A program made the translations under genes and the position numbers. The notes under the pieces are model-generated. The model did not search any database. It saw nothing but the letters and a program-made list of their open reading frames with translations, and was not told the DNA's origin. From Paragordius varius (Eukaryota; Animalia; Nematomorpha): a DNA stretch of 64,000 nucleotides. Shown piece by piece: positions 28,001 through 39,310 of the stretch. The stretch spans positions 7,750,001 to 7,814,000 of the forward strand of contig OZ176054.1 in NCBI GenBank assembly GCA_964247055.1, read 5' to 3'. Numbering within the stretch: the first letter of the stretch is position 1; each line of letters opens with the position of its first letter.

Positions 28001-31000
28001 TATTCCACGTATTCCCTGTTAAAAGGCAAAAATTTTAGTCCACCGTTTATTTGATGATAGCTGCTGGGTAAGGAGCTACCCGCTAAAAACTGATTTTTCA
28101 TATAACTTTGTGAACTGTTTCCGGAAAACCGGTGATCCCAATCACATCCAAATATCGAAAAAATATAATCATTAATGAATGCCCCGACAATAGCTTCGCC
28201 CTTTTTTGGAATTAGGTCCCCAGTTCGGTCCCACCCCGTGTGAAAAATGGGTTGAGTCAATTTTTTGGAGAACGTGTTGGACCATTCAATTTCAAATATG
28301 ATTTTTGTTTACTTATTTTCGATTGCGCCGAACATAGTCGAGTCACTTTTTTGATTTAGGCCCTCTTTTTACCCGCTCCCCCCTTAAAATGCCACCTTTT
28401 TCAAAAAACAAAGTCCACAAAAATATTTTTTTGATTGTATTTTTTTGCCCACGGTATGAGACTGTAAAAATTCGAGAAAGATTTTTCGTATTGCCTGTTA
28501 AAAGGCAAAAATTTTAGTCAAGCGTTTCTTTGATGATAGATGCTGAGTAAGGAGTATCTATCATATGCATAGCATGTTAAAAGATATATGGATATTAATA
28601 CATTATTTATCCTCATCTATATATTTATAAAAATGGAAAATGCTGGCTTTGTGATCTGGTACAGGAAAACCGGTAGACCCATTCAAATCCAAACTTCGAA
28701 CCCCCCTCCCCCCCAGAAGTCCGAAGGACTTCCTCGGGCTGCGTAGCAGCACGAGATTCACGCTAGTTAATATATATTTATAAAAATTAAATTTTTCTTA
28801 ATATCAAAAAGCAGTACAAAAGTGAGCGCAGTACTGGCGCAGTTTTTTTCTGAAAACCCAGTACTGCACTGCGAAAAACAGCCTATCTGGTCACATTATG
28901 ATATCCTAAGTTCTAAAATATTATTTTATATGGATAAAAATCTGAAAAAATAAAATTATTACTGAAATATTTAATTTTTCCACCTAAAAAGATTTTGAAC
29001 TAGAGTTTTAAAAGTTAAAATGAAAATGTATATATGATCTCAAAAATATAATGATCATGCGTGAAAATTATATAAAATGATAAACGTTTAAAAACTAAAT
29101 TACATAAAAATATAAAGATAGAATAACCCCAATTAAGAAACAAAAATTACGATTCTCATGTTTTTACACAATTAAATATCTTATTGGGTAGCATGCTCTT
29201 ATCATGAGTCGAACCGATAAAGAGCGTCTTTTGTTGGAACGTAGGCTTATATTGGTGGTTGATTTAGATCACACGCTAATACACACAACCACAACCTATA
29301 ATACTCCACCAATCATTATGCATGCCGTGTCTCAAAACCATAATTTGTTAGAAAGTGTTTATAATATAAATTCGTATACGCTCCCTGGGGATCCGGTGCA
29401 TGTTTGCTATCATACTAAATACCGGCCCGGCGCTATGAATTTCTTGGAAGAAATGAGTTTAGTAATTTTATTAGATTTTTCTACCATTTAGTTAGTTTTC
29501 GGATGGTCTGTCTAGGGTTTAAAAGAGTTTTTTGAACTCTAAACCATTACTTTTGGATCATCTGTATTAACTTAAAATGGTTATTGTTTTTGATTTTTGG
29601 TAGGTTATTTTTGATATGTTATTTGTTTTATATTTAATATAAAAGTATAATATATAAGTTTCAAGTATAAAATCGAACCAAAAATAAAATTATATGAATT
29701 AAAAAATTGGAATCAGAACGGAATTATTTCGTTTAATACGGTTTTCTCAGACAATCAAAAAAAAACAGAGATAATACCCTTAAACGGTTCCGGTTTCGAT
29801 ACCTGTTTAATTCTCTAACATTGGAATAAAATTGTTTGTTCTAGGCAAATTATATGAATTGCACATTTGTACATTTGGGGCTCGACCGTATGCCAACATC
29901 ATTGCAAATATTTTGGATAAAGACGGACGCTTATTTAGTCGTCGCATTCTGTCGCGGGATGAATTTGTTGATTCTACCTCAAAAACACCGAATCTCAAGT
30001 AATATACAGTATGCATTTTAATGTATGTTAAGTAATTTTATTGCCAGTCTAATAACATAAATGGTTTATCAAATGCGTAAAATACTGATCCACAAAATTA
30101 TTTCGTAGTACACATATGAAAGAGGAATGACGTGAGAATTAACATAGGCTTTAATTTGATGGATATTTTGTAATGTTAAATTTTGAGAATATTATAGCAA
30201 TTTATGTTAACATTTGAAATATTGTTTACGTATTTAGATACGGAATTTTGTGATTTTTATCTTTAATAAATTAATAAATAGTAAAATAGGTATTTAAAGA
30301 TCATTTATGTTAATTATTCCAAATTTTTAATAATTAAAATTTTTCAACATGATATATACCTGTATTAATCAAAATTGGTATTATTATTTTATATAGTTGG
30401 TAAATTAATATAACACAGGTAAATATATATTTGTGAAATTTAAGTAGATTTTAGATTTTTTGTCTTTGATGTTTTGCATTGTTAATTATAAATAATTTTT
30501 AAGTATTTCAGACATTTTAATCAGGTAAAAATTGCGGTTTTTAATAAATTTATTCAAATTTAATTTTTTTTTTGTTTTTTATTATTTGTTGTTGTTGTAG
30601 CTAAGGTCGATTCCGACTAACTGCAACATTGAAAATATAACTTGTCCATTCACTGCGATTACCGGATCTGGTGCTTAGTTCGGATATGATTGGTTGGTTT
30701 CTTTGAGGATGTTATCCATCCAACGAGTTCGTCTTCTCCCTCTTTTACGAGCACCTGTCACTTTTCCCACCATCAGTGATTTTTCAAGTGAGTTGGCTCT
30801 CATAATGTGCCCCCGAAAAAGGAGAGTTTTTGCCGTATTAAGCTGCCTAGAAGTGACATTTCTGGGTTAATTTTATTTAAAATAGTGGTTTTTGAAATTT
30901 TGTCTGTCCATTTTATTTGGAAATGTTTCCTCCAAACCCATAATTCGAAAGAATATATTTGACGTTCGTCATATTTTTTCAGTGTCCAGCTTCCCCCCCC

Positions 31001-34000
31001 CCCTCATACATGAATGTGGGGAAAACTGTAGCCTTGATTAGTCTGATTTTGCTTTTTAGTTTAATGTCATGCGACGTCCAAATTTAGTTTAATTTGAATG
31101 TGACTGCTTTTGTGATGGCAATTCTTCGCTTTATTTCTACGTAGAGTTGTTCTCACTCTTAATAATGCTACCTAAGTACGTGTAACTGTTAACTGTTTCA
31201 ATCTGATTGCCGTTGTGGATTATTGGATTAGTTTGAGCCGGGTTAATTTGCATAACTTTTGTTTTTTTAAAATTGATATTTAATCCAAATTTATTGCATT
31301 CAGTTGTAAACACTTGCAAGGCTTGCGATAATGTGTCTACACTGTCTGCGAATAAGACTGTATCATCCGCGTAGTGAACGGATGTAAGTAGGTTTCCACC
31401 TACATTAATGCCATAAGTTTCTGGGATGTTTCTTATTATGCATTCGAGGTATGCGTTAAAAAGAATTCGGGATAAAACGCATCCTTGGCGTAGGCCGACT
31501 TGTACCTTACATACCTGAGTCAGATATATCGTGAGGTGTAGATATTACAGCCGTGGAATTTAAGTAAATTGAGAATATGACGTTGATTAGATGTGTTGAT
31601 ACTCTAAGTTGTTTTAGAGCTTTTCGTAATTTATTGTGTTGGATGGAATCAAATGTTTGGAAAAATCGACAAAGCACATATGCAATTCTTTGTTGAATTC
31701 GATGTGTTTCTCGATTATCCACCTCATATTACATATCATATCTCGGCATCCTCTACCTTTTCAACAACCAGCCTGAATCGTGGATATCTCGGGGTCAAGA
31801 ATGGTATTTAGTCGAAACTGTATTATTTTTAGGAAAACTTTGGACACCTGGTTTATGAGCGCTATGGTGGGATAGTTGTCGTACAGTTCTGGATTACCTT
31901 TTTTTAATATAGGAATAATAATGGATGTGCACAAATCCTCAGGAATTTTTTCCATCTCAAATATGGTTTGAAATAATTTGGTATGTATATCGATTGGAAT
32001 ATATTTTATTATTTCAGTAGGGATGTCTCTGTGCCCCTCTGATCCGGTACTAGAGTGTTTTATCGCGAGTTCCACTTCTTCTTTCATAATAGGTGGTTCT
32101 TTTGAGTAAGTTCGTTAATAGTCTGGGCGTTATTTACATATAGTTTAGTTATGTGTTTATGCCAGAGTTTGCGAATTTCGTCTTTTTCAGTGACGATTGA
32201 GCTGTTGTCGTTTCTCATAGGTCCCTTGTAAAAAACTTTTTTGTGTGGAATAATATTGTTTGTATGGGCAAAAAGGTTTCGGTTATTTTTGGCGTCTGTT
32301 TCTGATTTTTCACATAGTTCGTCATAATACTTATTTTTTTTGTTCTCTCTTGCACTCATTATGAAATTCACTGTTTAATTGTTTGTATTCATCCCATTTG
32401 CATTTGATTTTGGAATCTCTACGTTTTTCTGCGATCTCGAAACTTTTGGTTGACTATTTTTTGTAGCCCAAACGATCTATACACATGGCGTTCCCGTGTC
32501 AAAGATACCGTAACCAAATTGACTTCATATTAGGTAATATAAAAGTTCATTTCATGTCAAATGTTTACCAGGATCGGATTGCTACAGCGACCACAACCTA
32601 TTGATCGCCAAACTCTGCATTAAATTACAACTTCCCAAAATATCCAAACCCACCAGAACAAAATTAGATTATGATACAATCGACGACAAGTTTAGCACCG
32701 CTTTATCTAATGGTTTCGAGTGTCTTGATCATAATTCCGAAAACTATCAGGATATAAACTCCTTTTGGAACGCTATGCACACAATCTGCAGAGACACAGC
32801 CGCCGAATTTATACAGCCTCTCCAACGGACTAAACAAAAGAATAAAATTGTCAACCAAAAGTCCCGAGATCGCAGAAAAACGTAGAGAATCCAAAATCAA
32901 ATGCAAATGGGATGAATTTATTATTTAACATTGTTAATTGTAATTAATTACTACATATTTTGTAAATTTTAATAAAAACAGGTAAAAATTGCGGTTTTTA
33001 ATAAATTTAGTAAAAATTTAATTTTTTTTGTTTTTTAGGATTTGCATTGTTAATTGTAATTAATTATTACATATTTTGATCATTTAAATAAATACAGGTA
33101 ATAATTGCAGTTTTTAATAAATTTAGTCAAATTTAAATTATTTTTTGTTATTTTTATTTAACGTTGTTAATTGTAATTAATTACCACATATTTATAAATA
33201 ATTTTATTTTGACCTATTATAAAGACAGGTAAAAACATTCAGATTTAAGAATTTTTCGTTTTTTCTGTATTGAATTGTTAACATTAAAATTTTCAAATAT
33301 GTTTGTTATATTAATAAATACAGGTAAAAATATTTTAGTTTAAGAAAATTATGTATTTCCAATTCGTTTTTTAGGTTTTGCATTGTTAATTATATATGTT
33401 TTTAATGTTTTTCACATACAATAATAAAGACAGGTAAAAGTCAATGTTTTTCGGTTTTATATGTAATTATAAATACCCACCAATAAAAATAATCTATATT
33501 CACATAAAACATCGCTGTATAGATGCAAAAATATATTTAAATTATAAATTTTTAGAGGTAAAGATTACTACTGATTAATCACACAAAATATACTCAACCA
33601 ATATTTTGCAATTACCCTCTATAAAATATTCAAAAGCTATGAGCAATAAGAAAATAATTTTTAATTATAGATAAATTTATTTATATATAAATGTATTATC
33701 ATAATATAGATCACAAATTAATGTTGGAAGCATGGTTTGAAATAAGCATTCTCATTAATAGGATATAGGTAATTTTAATGATTCTAATATTGATATACGA
33801 TGCGGTGTGCGTTCATGATGATCATAACTTAGATTATATTATGAGATGCCAAAAATCATTAAGAAATGTAGATAATCCTGAAAATTACAATCAACATTTT
33901 CTGGGATGATTATATCAAATAAAATATAAGATAGAAACTTTTTAGATTAGAATATTAGAAAATTAATACCTGGATTCTAGAAGTATTTTCAACATAATTT

Positions 34001-37000
34001 TAAATATTGGGGGCCAAACCATCCAAAGTTTGAAAGGGGACTAAATAAGGGTGACCTGCACCTTTAACAACTAAAATTGCAAAAAAATATTTTCTTTATG
34101 ATAAAAAATCAAAAATGATATTTTATGTTTTCAATCTCCTGGTTCTTTTATCCTAAACTAAATATAAAAAACTATTCTTCACCAAAGCAAACAATGTTAG
34201 TGTTGCCTGCTTAGTTTTGGAGTGCTTGTGCATTCTGGTGAAATCATATAAGCCTTTTCATATTTTTTTAAAATTTGGCTGTAGAACGAAAACGCAAAAA
34301 CAAATATCATTTTTGAATTTTTTATCATGAAGAAAATATTTTTTGAAATTTTAGTTGTTAAAGGTGCAGGTCAACCTTATTTAGTCCCCTTTCAAACTTT
34401 GGATATTTTACCCCCCAATATTTATAATTATGTTGAAAATACTTCTAGAATCCAGGTATTAATTTTTTTAATATTCTAATCTAATAAGTTTCTCTCTTGT
34501 ATTTTAGTTGATATAATCATCCCAGAAAATGATGTTGATTTTCAGGATTATCTACATTTCCTAGTGATTTTTTGGCATCTCATGATATTCTTAATATAAG
34601 TTGTGATCACCATGAACGCACACCGCATCGTATATCAATATTAGAATCATCAAAATTACCTATATCCTATTAATGAGAATGCTAATTTCAAACCATGCTT
34701 CCAACATTAATTTGTGATCTATATTATGATAATACATTTATATATAAATAAATTTATCTATAATTAAAAATTATTTCCTTATTGTTCATAGCTAATATCT
34801 TATTTGAAAAATATTGGTTGAGTATATTTGTGTCATTTAATTAGTAGTTATCTTTAAACCCCTAAAATTTTTAATTTTAAATATATTTTTGCATCTATAT
34901 AGCGATATTTTATGTGAATATAGATTATTTTTATTGGTGGGTATTTATAATTACATATAAAACCGAAAAACATTGACTTTTACCTGTCTTTATTATTGTA
35001 TGTGAAAAACATTAAAAACATGAATAATTAACAATGCAAAACCTAAAAAACAAATTGAAAATACATAATATTTATTAATATAACAAAAATATTTGAAAAT
35101 TTTAATATTAACAATGCAATATAAAAAAACAATAAATCCTTAAATCTGAATGTTTTTACCTCTCTTTATTATAGTATGTCAAAATAAAATTATTTATAAA
35201 TATGTGGTAATTAATTACAATTAACAATGTTAAATAAAAATAACAAAAAAATAATTAAATTTGTCTAAAAATATTAAAAACCGTAATTTTTACCTGATTA
35301 AAATGTCTGAAATACTTAATTATTAATAGTTAACATGCAAAACATCAAAGACAAAAAATCTAAAATTTACTTAAATTTTCACAAATATATATTTACCTCT
35401 ATTATTTTAATTTACCAACTATATAAAATAATAATACCAATTTTGATTAATACAGGTATTTATCATGTTGAAAAATTTTAATTATTAAATTTAATTTGGA
35501 ATTATTAACATAAATAATCTTAAATACCTATTATACTATAGTCAAAATTTAACATTACAAAATATCCATCAAATTAAAGCCTATGTTAATTCTCACGTCA
35601 ATCCTCTTTCATCTGTGTACTACAAAATAATTTTGTGGATCGGTATTTTACGCATTTGATAAACCATTTATGTTATTTGACTGGGAATAAAATTACTTAA
35701 CATACATTAAATGCATATTGTATGTCACATCATATTTTTTAATAGACAGTCTACTAAAAATTCATTATTATTATTATTAAATAAAAATATCACGGCAATC
35801 AAAAATTATATATAAAAAGGGTGTTATTATCATGCCTTTTTTTAATTAAAAAAATTTAATATTTTTTCTTTTCAAATAGTATTACACAAGAGGGTAAAAA
35901 AACACGGTTTACTGAAACAAGAGGTTAAAAAGTTTTAAACATCGTTTAAAAGGGTTTTTTGTTAAATATATTATTTTTTTCTATTTACAAATAACTTATG
36001 CCTTCAAAAAGGTCCTTGTTTCCCGTTGGCGATGATATGGTATGCATTATTGATGATCGTGAGGATGTTTGGAATTCTGCCCCTAATTTAATTCATGTAA
36101 AACCTTATCGATATTTTGAGACCATTTCAAGTGTCGAATTGGTTAATGCTATACTTAAATACCTGTGTGGAAATACACCCTACCCGTCCCCCAACAAAAC
36201 TGACCAAGCAATAGGTAGTTTTTTTATATAAAGTACCGTGATTTTTTTAGTAAATATAATTTTTAGTTAAAAATAGATTAAGAGTATTTATTGATACAGA
36301 AGAAAATGTTTGCGATTCATTTCTTAAGAAAGTAGGTTTAATATATGTATGAAGATATGTAAAATTTTCATCGACCGATTTCATGCTTTAAAAATGTTTT
36401 TTTTGCGTTTATCTTCATAATGAAATTATTATCTTTTATTAAAACACTCATATAGCAACTGTTTACAAAAGCGCAAATGATATTACTCCCGTCTATTTTA
36501 ATCTTCAACAAGATTGCCATATATTTATTCCTCAAGATAGGGAAAAACTAAATACAGAAAATGCATCAAATAATACTGATATACCGCCACAATCAGACTC
36601 AGAAGCGTTTGAAGATCATGACGATTATTTATTTTATTTAGAGGATATTTTACGGAATATACATGCTAAATTTTTCGAAATTTATGACAAAAAGAATAAG
36701 GCTAAAAAAGCAAAACTATCACTAAATAACTCGGCCGCTAACATTGATGCGACAACACCAATTAATTCCAATAAGAATGGATGCTGTATAAATGGGACGA
36801 GTGTTGATCAACCTAGTTTAAAGAAAATAAGTAATATTTTTTTTACTAATTATATATTTAATATTCTTAATATTTAGCAATTTGAATATATATATATTAT
36901 ATTAATTAAAAGTCCCTCATATGAAAAAAACGGTTCTTGCTGGTTGTCATATAGTGTTTAGCGGTATTTTCCCACGGCAGATTGCGCTCCACCAAAGTCG

Positions 37001-37857
37001 TGAAGGGAAAATGGCTTGCGCTTTGGGGGCTAAAATCGCACCCGACATTATCCCGCGAGGTTTTTATTCTCGCAATTTTATTAATTTCATTTTAACATAC
37101 CCTAATTACATATTTGTTGTTGTCATTAGTAACGACCCATTTGATTGCATCATCACGTAACACAAATAAACTCAATATGGCCAAACGATACAGTAATTGT
37201 AATGATAAAAGTATCCACATTGTAAACATTGATTGGTTACTGGCTTGTTATGAGCGCTGGGAACGTGTAAGTGAACAATTATTTCCAGTTTTGCTTACTA
37301 CGCCTCCGTCATATATTTCGCACCCATTAATCAAAGACAAAATTTCCAAAGAATCCACCAGATGTCCAGATAGTATAATTGATTTATCATCCTCTGAAGA
37401 TGATAATTTACTCGATACGGAGCAAGAAGTTTTAACTAAAGACGACAACATTGTTGATCAAAACGAGGAGGTTAAAAATTCTATTACACCGAATGAAATT
37501 ATCTGGAAACTTATTCCGTTAGATCCTATACCTCCACCTTGTATAAGGTTGGAATCGTTGCTTCAAACAAGAACGGATGATGTTACGGCACAACCCACAT
37601 TCACTTATGATAAACGGACAGGGAAACGAATAAAAACAGGATTTAGTGCAATTACTAACTATGTTAATGCACATGAAACCATGAAAATTAAATCAAAAAT
37701 AAATACAAAACTTGGATCTTACGCCAAAAATAAAAAACCAACGGAAAACAGTGTAATATCTTGTAGACTTTTACAAGACATGGAAAATGAAATTGATTCG
37801 GCTCTATTGGAAAGTGATAGCAGTAATAATTCAGAGATCGATGATGTGCTCGAATAA
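25066..37857 (+). CDS. CTDP1: RNA polymerase II CTD phosphatase FCP1
   Basis: Exons 25066-25274, 25302-25452 (GCSHPTLLKGMCAICG), 29192-29456 (RRLILVVDLDHTLIHTT, the DxDxT catalytic motif; KYRPG), 29845-29998 (YELHICTFGARPYA..LFSRRILSRDE), 36012-36214 (SLFPVGDDMVCIIDDREDVW), about 36513-36830 (DDYLFYLEDILRNIH), 36913-37059 (BRCT: VLAGCHIVFSG), 37131-37857 (THLIA..WLLACYERWERVSEQLF, acidic tail). Confidence 0.93.
26370..27122. mobile_element. hAT MITE nested in the 25499-28898 element
   Basis: TIR AAGGGTTTGGAACCGG / CCGGTTCCAAGCCCTG. Perfect 8-bp TSD CTAAAAGG at 26362-26369 and 27123-27130. Multiple subterminal GGAACCG motifs. Confidence 0.85.
27562..28766 (+). mobile_element. Non-autonomous Helitron (composite) nested in the hAT element
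   Basis: A|TCTATATAT 5' end; GC hairpins GAAGTCC-GAA-GGACTTC (28716-28732) and GCTGC-GTA-GCAGC (28738-28750); CTAG|T 3' end; no TSD. Internal duplications, and a second TC 5' end at 28616. Confidence 0.8.
30007..35720. mobile_element. Giant foldback (palindromic) element with CAGT terminus and TA TSD, interrupted by a LINE
   Basis: TA|CAGTATGCATTT ... AATGCATATTG|TA. Left arm 30007-30587 plus 32927-34123 is the reverse complement of the right arm 34302-35720; spacer about 180 bp. No ORF. Confidence 0.88.
30588..32916 (-). mobile_element. Decayed, 5'-truncated RTE-clade (BovB-like) LINE with inverted 5' segment
   Basis: Minus-strand RT motifs VGLRQGCVLSRILFN, YADDTVLF, GLNINFKKTKVM, YTYLGS and C-terminal HIMRANSLEKSLMVGKVTGARKRGRRRTRWMD. 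(CAA)n tail at 30588. Plus-strand endonuclease segment (YTWRS..RNQIDFIL..SDHNLL) at 32464-32916. TSD TTTATTATTT at 30578-30587 and 32917-32926. Contains frameshifts and stops. Confidence 0.9.
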
Positions 37858-39310
37858 ATGCACACTTTGCAATTTTGATGATCGGTCGGAAAAATATAGT
37901 TCAATATGTATTATGCAGTTAATTAGAATAGCACTATCTGTAAATAAATGTACATGTTAGTTTGTTTTGGTATAGGAGTTTACATGCTGCCCTTCGCGAC
38001 ACTTTTTGTTACTAGGGAAAAATTTTAAAAAGTCTATGTATAAAATCTTGGTAAATTAAATAAAATTTCCGTTATTTTTTAAGTATTCTGTCTTAATTTG
38101 CTTAGGAAAATAATATTTACTTCACTTTCTCAAACATCATTTATTTTTCCGTATAATTGAAATAATTTTAAACCATGAAATATTATCGATTGTATTTAAG
38201 TACAATCGGCTCATTGAGTTTATTTTAAATGAGGCTCGACAATCTTCACATCCAAAAATGCGGCTTGTGATACCATGACCCCTCGTTTAGATGTTTATGA
38301 TGTAAAAAAGTTATATAATTCAGAATTTGGTATGGATTTATGTTGTGTAAAATCATAAATAACCGAATTAGCTTTTTGTTTGCTTATAAAATAATTCATT
38401 AGTTGTTTTCTTAAAATCCTTTGAATAAAATTTTAATTTGAATTATTTAATGTTGCAGCTTAGCCAAAAAATGGATATTTTCAAATAGAAGCTAGTTTTT
38501 GTATTTCAGTTTTCGGGCAAATTTAACGACTTTAATTATCACCTCGCTATTTAATACTTTTCTACTAATCGATAGTAATCAGTAAAAAAAATTAATTGGT
38601 GTAAATTGCTTAAAATTTATCACATATATATTATACATTTAATTCTCTAAATAAAACTATTAAATATGGTTTCATTAAAGGCTCCAAAAATATAAGGGCG
38701 ACGTAAGAAAATATTTCACGTTCCCTAACGCATTATTTGCAAATCTGAGTTTTCAATGATTAAATAAAATACAATATATTACAGTTGGTTTAAAAAATAA
38801 TTAAAAACAAACACACCTCTAATAAATATTTTAAAAACAATAAATTATATATAAGATTAATTATGTAACCATTTATTCATTGATGCGGATAATATTGTTA
38901 ATTTTAAATGAGCATTGATACTGTTTATAGGCATCAAATATAGTGATAGCCGACCAAAATTTCCGATAATCCCTCAAAATAAAACTGATGTTTACTTGTT
39001 GAATATTTTTATAGTACATGTTTTGTTGGTGGTTTCATATTCTAAAATTTCAAACCATATAGATGCCCCGAGTTCTCCATAAAACTCTTCTAATGCAGTA
39101 TTAAATATATCATCAATTTTATTTTTGGTTAATTTAATATTTGAATCACAAATGCTAAATATTATTTAAAATTTTTACATAGAAAATTCAATTTTAAAAA
39201 ATTCACTCACAGTTTCACCTGGCATGTCTCATACTGTTATTGAGTTCCATGCTGAAATTAAATTGTTTTACTGTTTTAAATTTACGCATTAAAATATTCC
39301 ATATATTTTT

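Larger units (their letters stand above)
25499..28898. mobile_element. 3.4-kb non-autonomous hAT element filling CTDP1 intron 2, carrying nested elements
   Basis: TIR TAATGTGACCAGATA / TATCTGGTCACATTA. Perfect 8-bp TSD TGATATCC at 25491-25498 and 28899-28906. Confidence 0.85.

Noticed and set aside
29500-29810. Possible TAGGG-ended MITE in CTDP1 intron 3
   Set aside because: Repeat-like motifs (AACGGTTCCGGTTTC) are present, but I could not define matching TIRs or a TSD.
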